Assembly: GCA_002780065.1 (NCBI GenBank)
Contig: PEWQ01000075.1
Span: forward strand, 1 to 47,261
Length of the DNA: 47,261 nt
Direction: 5' to 3'
Origin: Candidatus Hydrogenedentes bacterium CG07_land_8_20_14_0_80_42_17
Lineage (GTDB): Bacteria > UBA8481
The position numbers and the translations under genes are program-made. This document shows positions 18,397 through 26,609 of the stretch, piece by piece (within the stretch, counting starts at the first letter, position 1; every line of letters begins with the position of its first letter). The notes under the pieces are model-generated. The model was not told where the DNA came from and ran no database searches. It worked only from the letters and a program-made list of their open reading frames with translations.

Positions 18397-18606
18397 TTCA
18401 AAAATTTTACTAACTGTTTTTCCACTAATTCTCCACAGCATAAAAATTTTTTAAAGAAACGACTTGCGTTTATAGCTAAATCAATAGTATAGAAGTGTAT
18501 TGATTTGAAATGCGCATCGGGCAGATTTGCTTGAAGAGAAAGCAAAGGTGCATTTCAATTGTGAAAAAAACGCGGCTTAAACGTAGCAAGAAACGGAGAA
18601 TGTAAT

Positions 18607-20229
18607 TTGAAAGAATTTGTTGCGAGAATCGTAGCGCAGATTCAAAACACTTGGAAGAGTCTCACTCTATCTCAACGCATTGCCTCGTCAATCGTCAGCG
18701 GCCTCACTTTTATTCTTCTTATTGCAGTCATCTTTTTTTCTCAGCGAACAGTATGGGTTGAACTTGGAACATTTGATCTTCAACAGGCATCGCAGATTAA
18801 GGTAGAGCTAGACAAACGCGGATACCGTCCTTCAATCGATTATAGGCTTACGAACGAAGGCAAAACAATTCAAGTTGATGCAAAGCTCAGAAACGAAATT
18901 CATCTAGCATTGGCAGAAAAAGGACTCTTCGGAAATACAGAAAAAGGATTCAGCATTTTTGAAGAGTTCGACATCACAACAACCGATTACGAACAGAGAC
19001 TGCGAACATTAGAAGCTTTAAAATCCGAAATGCGGCGGCTGATAAGATCATACACTCAAATCATCAGCGACGTATCGATATCTGTTCCATACATCGAACA
19101 TCAAAGTTTATTTGTCGAGAGTGAAATTCCTCAGACAGCATCAATCGTCTTAACGGTTGAGCCCGGGCAGAAGCTGGACGACGAACAAATTCGTGCGATA
19201 AGGAATCTCATTGCCGGAGGATTTCCCGGACTTGCTCCGGAAAAGATAACAATCACGGATCAGTTTGCAAGGCCGCTGGTGCCTGAAGATGAATCTTCGG
19301 GACAATCCTCCAAGCAAGCAAAAATAGAGCAAGAGACCGAAGATGAGCTGAACCTAAAGATATCGACAGTACTCGGTCCTATCGTCGGATACGACAAATT
19401 CACTGCAACAGTCGATGTCGAATTCGATTGGGACAATGTTCAAGTAAATCAAGAAAACTACACTGTTCCCGGATTTGATCAATACAAAGTTTCAGAACAG
19501 ACAATCGACGAAAAGCTTTCGGGGCAAGGCATTAGGCCGGGCGGCGAACCCGGAGTTGCTTCGAACGCTCCGCCAGTCTACAACTCAATTGCTCAAACAG
19601 GACCGATAGATTATTCGCGCTCTGAAAAGATAGTCAATTTGCTTTCAGACAAAACAGTCACTGAAAGAATTCAATCGCCTTACGTAAAAAGAATTTCAGC
19701 GGCAGTTGCAATTGACGGAATATGGAAGGAAGAAAAAGACACTCAGAATCAAGTCAAGCGTACATACATTGCTCGCACTGCTGTAGAGATGGATCACTTA
19801 AAAGCAATAGTTGCCTCTGCAATCGGTCAGAATCTTCAAAGAGGCGATGTAATAGAGGTAAGGAACACTCCGTGGGACCGAACAAAAGAGTGGGCTCAGC
19901 TCGATGCAATAAAAGAGAAGGAAGAGTTCCAAAGAAAGCTTACACTTTACGGACTACTAACTGCCCCATTCATTGTCGGATTATTCTTCCTGTATGCCGC
20001 GTGGAGAAGGCACATCAGAATCCGTGAAGAAGAGCTTGCGCGTAAACGAGAATTGGAGCGGCAAAGAGCTCTGGCTGAAGCAGAGGCAGGGCTTGCGGGT
20101 GAAATTTCGCTTGAGGACCAGGAGCGGCAAGAAATTCAGCGCAGAGCATCTTCGCTTGCACGAGCAAAACCAAAAGTTGTTGCGGATCTTATCAGAACAT
20201 GGATATCTGAAGATGCGGCGGCGGCATAG
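18607..20229 (+). CDS. fliF: Flagellar MS-ring protein FliF
   Basis: Two TM helices, GFSIFE, TASIVL, ITITDQ, C-terminal VADLIRTWI; synteny. TTG start after GGAG. Confidence 0.93.
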   Translation: MKEFVARIVAQIQNTWKSLTLSQRIASSIVSGLTFILLIAVIFFSQRTVWVELGTFDLQQASQIKVELDKRGYRPSIDYRLTNEGKTIQVDAKLRNEIHLALAEKGLFGNTEKGFSIFEEFDITTTDYEQRLRTLEALKSEMRRLIRSYTQIISDVSISVPYIEHQSLFVESEIPQTASIVLTVEPGQKLDDEQIRAIRNLIAGGFPGLAPEKITITDQFARPLVPEDESSGQSSKQAKIEQETEDELNLKISTVLGPIVGYDKFTATVDVEFDWDNVQVNQENYTVPGFDQYKVSEQTIDEKLSGQGIRPGGEPGVASNAPPVYNSIAQTGPIDYSRSEKIVNLLSDKTVTERIQSPYVKRISAAVAIDGIWKEEKDTQNQVKRTYIARTAVEMDHLKAIVASAIGQNLQRGDVIEVRNTPWDRTKEWAQLDAIKEKEEFQRKLTLYGLLTAPFIVGLFFLYAAWRRHIRIREEELARKRELERQRALAEAEAGLAGEISLEDQERQEIQRRASSLARAKPKVVADLIRTWISEDAAAA

Positions 20230-20261
20230 CATAATGAACCTATCAAGGATAAAATAAGTAT

Positions 20262-21275
20262 ATGACAACTGCGGCAACAAAATTAACAGGAAAGAGAAAA
20301 GCTGCAATCTTTCTCGTCTCGATGGGGCAGGAGATTGCCGCAGACATATTCAAACATCTTCGCGATGAAGAGATCGAGCAATTGACTTTGGAAATAGCTC
20401 GAATCGACAAAGTCGAACCTGAAGAACGCGACAAGGTTTTAGTCGAGTTCCAGGAAATGATGCTTGCTCAAGAATTTATTTCCCAAGGCGGAATCGAATA
20501 TGCGCGGGACATACTCGAAAAGGCACTTGGCGCCGAGCGCGCGATAGATATCATAAACAGGCTTACAACTAGTCTTCAGGTAAGGCCTTTCGATTTCATT
20601 CGCAATGCAGATCCCGGTCAGCTCTTGAACTTCATACAAGGCGAGCATCCGCAAACGATTGCGCTCATTCTTTCGTATCTTCAACCGCAGGTCAGTTCGC
20701 AAATACTTACTCATTTGCCCGAAGAGATTCAGGCAAACGTTGCAAAACGAATCGCAGAGATGGACAGAACTTCTCCGGATATCATCAGAGATATCGAACG
20801 TGTTTTAGAACGAAAGCTTTCCTCTCTGGTCAACGAAGAATACACATCAGCAGGCGGAATCGATGCAATAGTAGAGGTTTTGAATCTTGTCGACCGAGCA
20901 ACAGAAAAGTCGATCATAGAAGCTTTGGAAGAAGAGGATCCCGAACTAGCAGAAGAGATCAAGAAACGAATGTTTGTATTCGAAGATATTACTCTGCTTT
21001 CAGACAGAGATATTCAGCAGGTATTGCGCGAAGTCGAGCAGAAGGAACTGGCTCTTGCTCTGAAATCTGTTGACGATGCAGTGAAAGACAAAATCTTCTC
21101 GAACATGTCCAAGCGTGCCGCTGCAATGCTTCAAGAAGATATGGAATATATGGGGCCTGTGCGACTTAGAGATGTTGAAGACGCTCAGCAGAGAATCGTC
21201 AATATTATCCGCAAGCTCGAAGAAGCTGGAGACATAGTAATTGCTCGCGGCGGCGAGGAGCAGCTTGTTGTCTAA
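20262..21275 (+). CDS. fliG: Flagellar motor switch FliG
   Basis: KAAIFL, GGIEYA, EHPQTIALIL, MFVFED, GPVRLRDVE. Confidence 0.98.
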   Translation: MTTAATKLTGKRKAAIFLVSMGQEIAADIFKHLRDEEIEQLTLEIARIDKVEPEERDKVLVEFQEMMLAQEFISQGGIEYARDILEKALGAERAIDIINRLTTSLQVRPFDFIRNADPGQLLNFIQGEHPQTIALILSYLQPQVSSQILTHLPEEIQANVAKRIAEMDRTSPDIIRDIERVLERKLSSLVNEEYTSAGGIDAIVEVLNLVDRATEKSIIEALEEEDPELAEEIKKRMFVFEDITLLSDRDIQQVLREVEQKELALALKSVDDAVKDKIFSNMSKRAAAMLQEDMEYMGPVRLRDVEDAQQRIVNIIRKLEEAGDIVIARGGEEQLVV

Positions 21276-22086
21276 TGTCATTCGCGGAGATCAGTTAGGC
21301 TCAACTGAAGATGTAGTTCATATACCTTTGCAAGCCGGCATTTTTCCTATTCGGCATCAGGAAGGCGAAAAAAAAAGATTAGACATTCACGAACGGCTGA
21401 TTCACGAGGCTCGAATCAAAGAGCATGAAGCAAAAGAATCTGCAAAAATATTAGTTGAGAATGCAAACAAGGAAGCTGAAAAGATTCTTTCCAACACAAA
21501 AGAAAAGGCATCTGCAATTCTTGCAGGCGCAACAAAAGAGAAAGAGAGAATTGAAGAAGCGGCGCGAGAAAGCGGAATGAGCCGTGCAAGAGAAGATGCA
21601 AAAGCCGAAGCCGTCTCTTCAATAGAAAGTGCTTTGAAAATTTTAGAAGAAACGGCGCTGAATTTAAAGAAAACAAAATCTGATTACATTGAGTCCGCAA
21701 TAGACGGTATGGTTGATGTAATAAGCTCTGCATTGAAAGGAATTCTCAGAACCGAAATAGTTCTGGACAATGCGGCAGTAAAAAGAACTATCTCATCCGC
21801 ATTATCTGAAATAATCGGAGCAGACAGAATCAAAATAAAAATCAATCCCGAAGACCTTTCAAGCTCAGAAGAAATGCGGGATGAAATAATGAATAAGGTG
21901 AAAGGATTGAGTTCTATTGAAATCGAAGAAGACAAAGGAATAACCAGAGGCGGTGCTTTAATAGAAACGTCATTTGGGCGCGTAGATGCGCGCGTAGAAA
22001 CTCAAATTGAAGAGATGCTTCGCGATATGCGAATTGCTGTCGAAAATATTCCGGCAGAAGTTAACGAAGAAATTTCCGATTCATGA
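21268..22086 (+). CDS. fliH: Flagellar export protein FliH
   Basis: Long AxxxA coiled coil, INPED, GGALIETSFGRVDA; TTG 21268 after GAGGAG. Confidence 0.9.
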   Translation: MSNVIRGDQLGSTEDVVHIPLQAGIFPIRHQEGEKKRLDIHERLIHEARIKEHEAKESAKILVENANKEAEKILSNTKEKASAILAGATKEKERIEEAARESGMSRAREDAKAEAVSSIESALKILEETALNLKKTKSDYIESAIDGMVDVISSALKGILRTEIVLDNAAVKRTISSALSEIIGADRIKIKINPEDLSSSEEMRDEIMNKVKGLSSIEIEEDKGITRGGALIETSFGRVDARVETQIEEMLRDMRIAVENIPAEVNEEISDS

Positions 22087-23408
22087 ATTCACAATCCGCT
22101 CAGGTTATTTCAGCGATGCGCTCCGCAGTTTCGAATGCAAAAACGATAAAGCGGGGTGGAGCAGTAGTTCAAATCGTCGGCCTGATGATTGAAGCAACGG
22201 GGCCTCAGGCTCCGGTTGGAGATGTTTGTTTAATCAGAAGCGCAGAAGACTCAACAAAAGAGATATTTGCGGAGGTAGTTGGCTTCAGAAATAGCAGAAC
22301 TCTTTTAATGCCAATCGGCGATATGACAGGTATATCGCCAGGTGATTCTGTCATTGCAACAAATAGTACCCTTGAAGTTCCCATAGGAAACGAATTGTTA
22401 GGAAGGACCTTGAATGCAGTAGGTGCGCCAATAGACGACGGCCCTTCATTGAGGCATCTCCCGCGAGCATCAGTATTTCAAGAGCCTCCCGATCCGGTTC
22501 GACGTCCAAGAATTAAAGAAGTCCTACCGCTCGGCATTCGCTCTATTGACGGCATTCTAACAATCGGCTGCGGCCAGCGCATCGGAATATTTTCCGGCTC
22601 TGGAGTCGGAAAATCCACAGTGCTCGGAATGATGGCGCGATATACCGAAGCTGACGTAGCAGTCGTAGCTCTTGTCGGCGAACGCGGCAGAGAGGTGCGC
22701 GATTTCATAGAAAAAGATCTCGGAGTAGAAGGACTAAAGAAATCCGTATTGGTCGTTGCAACATCCGATCAGCCGCCTCTAATGAGAATCAGAGCCGCGT
22801 ACGCCGCAACAAGTATAGCCGAATATTTTCGCGATCAGGGCAAAGATGTGCTTCTGCTCATGGATTCAGTAACGCGGTTCTGCAGAGCTCTGCGTGAAGT
22901 TGCTCTCTCGGTTGGAGAGCCTCCAGGACTCAGAAGTTTTCCGCCAAGCGTCTTCACGACATTACCCAAACTTCTTGAACGTACCGGAACTTCAGAGCGG
23001 GGAACGATAACAGGTTTATATACAGTGCTCGTCGATGCAGACGATATGAATGAACCTGTCGCAGACAATGTTCGAGGTATTCTCGACGGGCATATTGTGC
23101 TATCTCGCGACCTTGCATCAAGAAACCATTATCCTGCTGTTGATATATTGAATTCCATTTCGAGGCTGATGACAGATATTGCTTCGGCTGAACAAAAAAC
23201 CGCTGCAGGGCGTCTTAAAGAATTAATTGCAGTCTACCGCGACGCAGAGGATCTTATCCGAATCGGAGCGTATGTCGAAGGCTCGGATAAAAGAATCGAC
23301 GAAGCAAAAAAAAGAATCGACGCGATCGAAAAATTTCTCAAACAAGGCATCAATGAAAAATCGGAGTTTCAAGAAACAGTAAAAGAACTTCTGAAGGCTG
23401 TAGCGTGA
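22083..23408 (+). CDS. fliI: Flagellar export ATPase FliI
   Basis: GSGVGKST, GERGREV, DSVTRF, ILDGHIVLSR. Confidence 0.97.
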   Translation: MNSQSAQVISAMRSAVSNAKTIKRGGAVVQIVGLMIEATGPQAPVGDVCLIRSAEDSTKEIFAEVVGFRNSRTLLMPIGDMTGISPGDSVIATNSTLEVPIGNELLGRTLNAVGAPIDDGPSLRHLPRASVFQEPPDPVRRPRIKEVLPLGIRSIDGILTIGCGQRIGIFSGSGVGKSTVLGMMARYTEADVAVVALVGERGREVRDFIEKDLGVEGLKKSVLVVATSDQPPLMRIRAAYAATSIAEYFRDQGKDVLLLMDSVTRFCRALREVALSVGEPPGLRSFPPSVFTTLPKLLERTGTSERGTITGLYTVLVDADDMNEPVADNVRGILDGHIVLSRDLASRNHYPAVDILNSISRLMTDIASAEQKTAAGRLKELIAVYRDAEDLIRIGAYVEGSDKRIDEAKKRIDAIEKFLKQGINEKSEFQETVKELLKAVA

Positions 23409-23430
23409 GAAATAGGTTGGAGTGCAGTTG

Positions 23431-23937
23431 ATGGCAAAATTCAAATTCAGATTAGAGCGCATCCTATCGGTGCGTAAACATCAAGAGGAGAAAGAACGAA
23501 TTCTTTTTGGAATCGCTGTTCAGAAAAAGCTTGAAGCTGAAATGAAATTATCGGAGATACGCGAGCGTCTAAATTCTGCGATGGAAAGCCGGACTAAATT
23601 GTTCAATTCGAAACCTACTATTGAAGATCTTGTGCGTGCTCACGAATATCATATTTCACTGATAAATCGAGAAGTAATAGCAATAAAAAATTTGGAAGAG
23701 ACTAAACGAATAATGGAAGAGCAAAGACTTAAGCTCATTGAAGCTAGAAAAAAGAAAAGAGTTCTTGAAAGATTGCGAGAACGCAAATATGAAGACTGGA
23801 AGTTTGAGGAAGAAAACAAGGAGCAGAACGAGCTCGATGAAATCGGTTTGCAAACTTTTATGAGAAAACAAAAATCTTTTTCCGAGCCTGCTGACCGTTC
23901 CGAATTAATATCTAGAGGTGAAAATTATGGCTATTGA
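23431..23937 (+). CDS. fliJ: Flagellar export chaperone FliJ
   Basis: KFKFRLERIL, coiled coil, EQNELDE. Confidence 0.9.
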   Translation: MAKFKFRLERILSVRKHQEEKERILFGIAVQKKLEAEMKLSEIRERLNSAMESRTKLFNSKPTIEDLVRAHEYHISLINREVIAIKNLEETKRIMEEQRLKLIEARKKKRVLERLRERKYEDWKFEEENKEQNELDEIGLQTFMRKQKSFSEPADRSELISRGENYGY

Positions 23938-24469
23938 AGGCATCAGCCGTGTTTTAAGCCGCATCGACGAGATACAATCGCGAATAAAAAATCTAATGGG
24001 GCCGATGAATCAGACTCAAAATTTCAGTTCTGCTCTTTCTGAAGCTGAAAATAACAGTTCTACACCCACTCAAAATGCCCCTGAAAATATCAAGCCTCTT
24101 ATTGAAGCCGCCGCGGCAAAATATAACATTTCTCCACAAGTGATCGAATCTATGGCAAGACATGAATCTAGTTTCAATCCTCGAGCCGTCTCGCCAAAAG
24201 GCGCAATGGGGATTATGCAGATAATGCCGGATACACAAAATATGCTTGGAGTCACTGATCCATTTGATCCTGCCCAGTCTATCGACGGCGGAGCAAAATA
24301 TTTGAGAATGATGCTCGATCGATTCGGAGGCGATATGCCAAAAGCTCTTGCCGCATATAATGCGGGGCCGGACAGTGTTAGTCGGTATAACGGCATTCCG
24401 CCTTATCAGGAAACAAGAAATTATGTCGGAAAAATACTTTCCGATATTGGAGCTTCGGAAGATGAATAA
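23927..24469 (+). CDS. Lytic transglycosylase (SLT domain)
   Basis: HESSFNPRAVSPKGAMGIMQIMP, AAYNAGP, ETRNYV. Confidence 0.95.
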   Translation: MAIEGISRVLSRIDEIQSRIKNLMGPMNQTQNFSSALSEAENNSSTPTQNAPENIKPLIEAAAAKYNISPQVIESMARHESSFNPRAVSPKGAMGIMQIMPDTQNMLGVTDPFDPAQSIDGGAKYLRMMLDRFGGDMPKALAAYNAGPDSVSRYNGIPPYQETRNYVGKILSDIGASEDE

Positions 24470-24496
24470 AAATGCCGATAAAGGAATAGAAAAATT

Positions 24497-25069
24497 ATGG
24501 GCAAGTATACTCAAATAATTCTTCTTTTGCTGATCATTGCAGGCACTATTTTCGGAGTCTTATATTTTTTGCAATCAGAAGGATTTGTCGATGTGACAGG
24601 GCCGCTGACCGGCATTGCAGGCGAAATTCCATGGGTCGGCAAGTATTTCGATCATGGGTCCGGTCTGCCTTACAATGAACTTGCGGAACTGGAGCGGCTG
24701 AAAGAAAAAACCGCTCGAGAAGACCGCTGGCTCACGTTGAAGAAGAAAGAAGATAAATTGCGAAAAGACGAACAGACTTTGAATGAGGATCGAGACCGTC
24801 TATCGCAATGGGAGCGAGAGCTCGAGCGCAGAGAAGAAGCATTAGTATTGCGAGAAAAAGAATTTACTAATAAAGAAGCTCAGTATGAGAAAGCCGTAAA
24901 ATTTTATCTTTCTATGCGTCCTGTAGCCGCCGCAAAAGTGCTGTCTCAGCAAGATGACCTTTTAGTCATAGAATTATTCCGGAGAATGCCTGAAAGAAAT
25001 GTATCCGCAATTCTAGCCGAAATGGATCCAACTGTTGCAGGAGCAATCATGCGCAAGATGGCAAGGTAA
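24497..25069 (+). CDS. MotE/YlxF/FlbB-like flagellar protein (TM, coiled coil, MgtE-N-like C-terminus)
   Basis: YLSMRPVAAAKVL..MPERNVSAILAEMDP; position after fliJ. Confidence 0.8.
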   Translation: MGKYTQIILLLLIIAGTIFGVLYFLQSEGFVDVTGPLTGIAGEIPWVGKYFDHGSGLPYNELAELERLKEKTAREDRWLTLKKKEDKLRKDEQTLNEDRDRLSQWERELERREEALVLREKEFTNKEAQYEKAVKFYLSMRPVAAAKVLSQQDDLLVIELFRRMPERNVSAILAEMDPTVAGAIMRKMAR

Positions 25070-25074
25070 TCTTC

Positions 25075-25315
25075 ATACTTCTCCCGTTATATTTAAAATT
25101 GCAAATTGCAAATTGAAAATTATATTTTTCGTAAGCGCTCACTCGGTAAGAAAATTAGCCACAAAAAAGCACAAAAACCGTGCAAAAAATGAATAAAAAT
25201 ATCTCTTTTTTGTGTGCATTCGTGTTTATTCGTGGTTCAAATTGCGACTGAGCGGCGTATAGGTGAACGGTTACCATTTTTCAATTATTTCATACATTCT
25301 TTGGGATAGAAGTAT
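25075..25315. mobile_element. Three-layer nested MITE-like element
   Basis: Outer 8-bp TIR ATACTTCT/AGAAGTAT; middle TIR GTAAGCGCTCAC (25131) / GTGAACGGTTAC (25263-25274); inner AGCCAC..GTGGTT palindrome with short repeats. Confidence 0.7.
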
Positions 25316-25316
25316 A

Positions 25317-26513
25317 CTATCTCAAATTAAGTAAAGTCTCCACTTCTTCAATCGGCATTGAAAATCTTTTGGCTATTTCATCAGCAGAAGCTCCGGCTTC
25401 AGCAAGTTCTTCGATCATGGAATACTCGTTTGATTTCGGTGACGGCCTTCTTCGGCGCTCTAACTCTTCCCCCATAGATGCTGCATTTTGTAAGGCGCTT
25501 AGCCTTTGTATTCTTCTCTCAACTTCGTCGTGAAATCCTGGATCATGTCCTGTGGGGCCCGTTTCAAAAACAAATGTTCCTTCCGACGCTGCTTTGTTAA
25601 GAATAGGAGATCGCCGCCTCTTTTTCTTACCTGTCTCTCTAACAATAGCTTCTTCTTCAAATTCATTTTTATTATAAGCTTCAGAGAAATCTTCAGCATC
25701 ATCTCGAGAAAATCTTTTTTGCTGTAGAATATGCTGGTGGCGCTTTGCAGATGGTTCAATCGGAGGCGCCCATGTGGCTGGCATTTCATCGTCTAGTGTT
25801 CTCTTGTTATGTTTATATCGAAATCCGATCATACCTAGCGAGGCTAGAAAAAGCGCGCTTGCCGCAATTTTATACCACCCTGCAGTTCCGCTTGGCCGAA
25901 TTTCTGTCTGATTGCTTTTATCGGCAGACTCTAATTTATTCAATCGAGAAGTTGGCTCTCCAAGCGACTCGCGTCTTGAAATGAATTGCCCGGCTTCCTC
26001 AGGAGTAGAATTTTCTTGGTTTGAAACAGCTTCGACTTGATTTGAATTCAGTTCTACAGGCTGAATAGCTTCGGGCGAAAGACTTTCAGGTTTCGGTACA
26101 CTCAAGGCTGATTGCTGTAGAGAAGGAACTTCTTCAGCAGAACCTTCCGCAGTCGAAATTGTATTTTGAGAATTACTGCTTTGGGTTGCCGTTGTCACGG
26201 GCGAATTATTTGTAGCTGATCGCCTACCAGAAGGCGGTGTAGGCCTTACAGGTGCAATTACTCTTCGAGGTCTTGCCGGCAGTATTGCATTCGAAGATGC
26301 CGGCCAAAGACTGTTTGCATTTCTGACTTCCCCAGAACTTACCGCAGATCCGGTTGGATTCTTTTGCCCGAACGAAACTACCTTTATTTCCGAACCGGTT
26401 GAAGATTCAAGTTCGGCAAGAACAGGCTGATGCAGTAGAGCGACAAGAAATACGCTCGTGCAAACATACTTACAAAACCTTATTTGAAACATGAAAGAAA
26501 CTATTTCTTTCAT
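25317..26513 (-). CDS. Single-pass membrane protein with low-complexity ectodomain and C-terminal DUF2802/SwrB-like HTH
   Basis: Signal-like N-terminus, S/P/T/E-rich region, TM WYKIAASALFLASLGMIGF, C-terminal LAEAGASADEIAKRFSMPIEEVETLLNL. Confidence 0.6.
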   Translation of the reverse strand: MKEIVSFMFQIRFCKYVCTSVFLVALLHQPVLAELESSTGSEIKVVSFGQKNPTGSAVSSGEVRNANSLWPASSNAILPARPRRVIAPVRPTPPSGRRSATNNSPVTTATQSSNSQNTISTAEGSAEEVPSLQQSALSVPKPESLSPEAIQPVELNSNQVEAVSNQENSTPEEAGQFISRRESLGEPTSRLNKLESADKSNQTEIRPSGTAGWYKIAASALFLASLGMIGFRYKHNKRTLDDEMPATWAPPIEPSAKRHQHILQQKRFSRDDAEDFSEAYNKNEFEEEAIVRETGKKKRRRSPILNKAASEGTFVFETGPTGHDPGFHDEVERRIQRLSALQNAASMGEELERRRRPSPKSNEYSMIEELAEAGASADEIAKRFSMPIEEVETLLNLR

Positions 26514-26568
26514 TACACCCTCCTTTTTCCATCCATGGTTAACATTGAAATAACATTTTTCTTTGCAA

Positions 26569-26593
26569 ACGCAGGCTAAAACCTGCGGCTGCC
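26569..26593 (-). repeat. REP-like palindrome, copy 2
   Basis: Reverse complement is GGCAGCCGCAGGTTTTAGCCTGCGT; matches 9838-9862. Confidence 0.7.
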
Positions 26594-26609
26594 GTCTTAA
26601 TATTTGTCA

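Noticed and set aside
18500-18560. c-di-GMP riboswitch call upstream of fliF
   Set aside because: Class I and class II consensus motifs not convincingly present; kept only as an unexplained structure.
24474-24481. GCCGATAA, a perfect sigma28 -10 before the motE/flbB-like gene
   Set aside because: No TAAA-like -35 at the correct spacing; cannot support a promoter.
23993-24514. 173-aa ORF antisense to the SLT gene
   Set aside because: Overlaps a clear plus-strand gene; no motifs.
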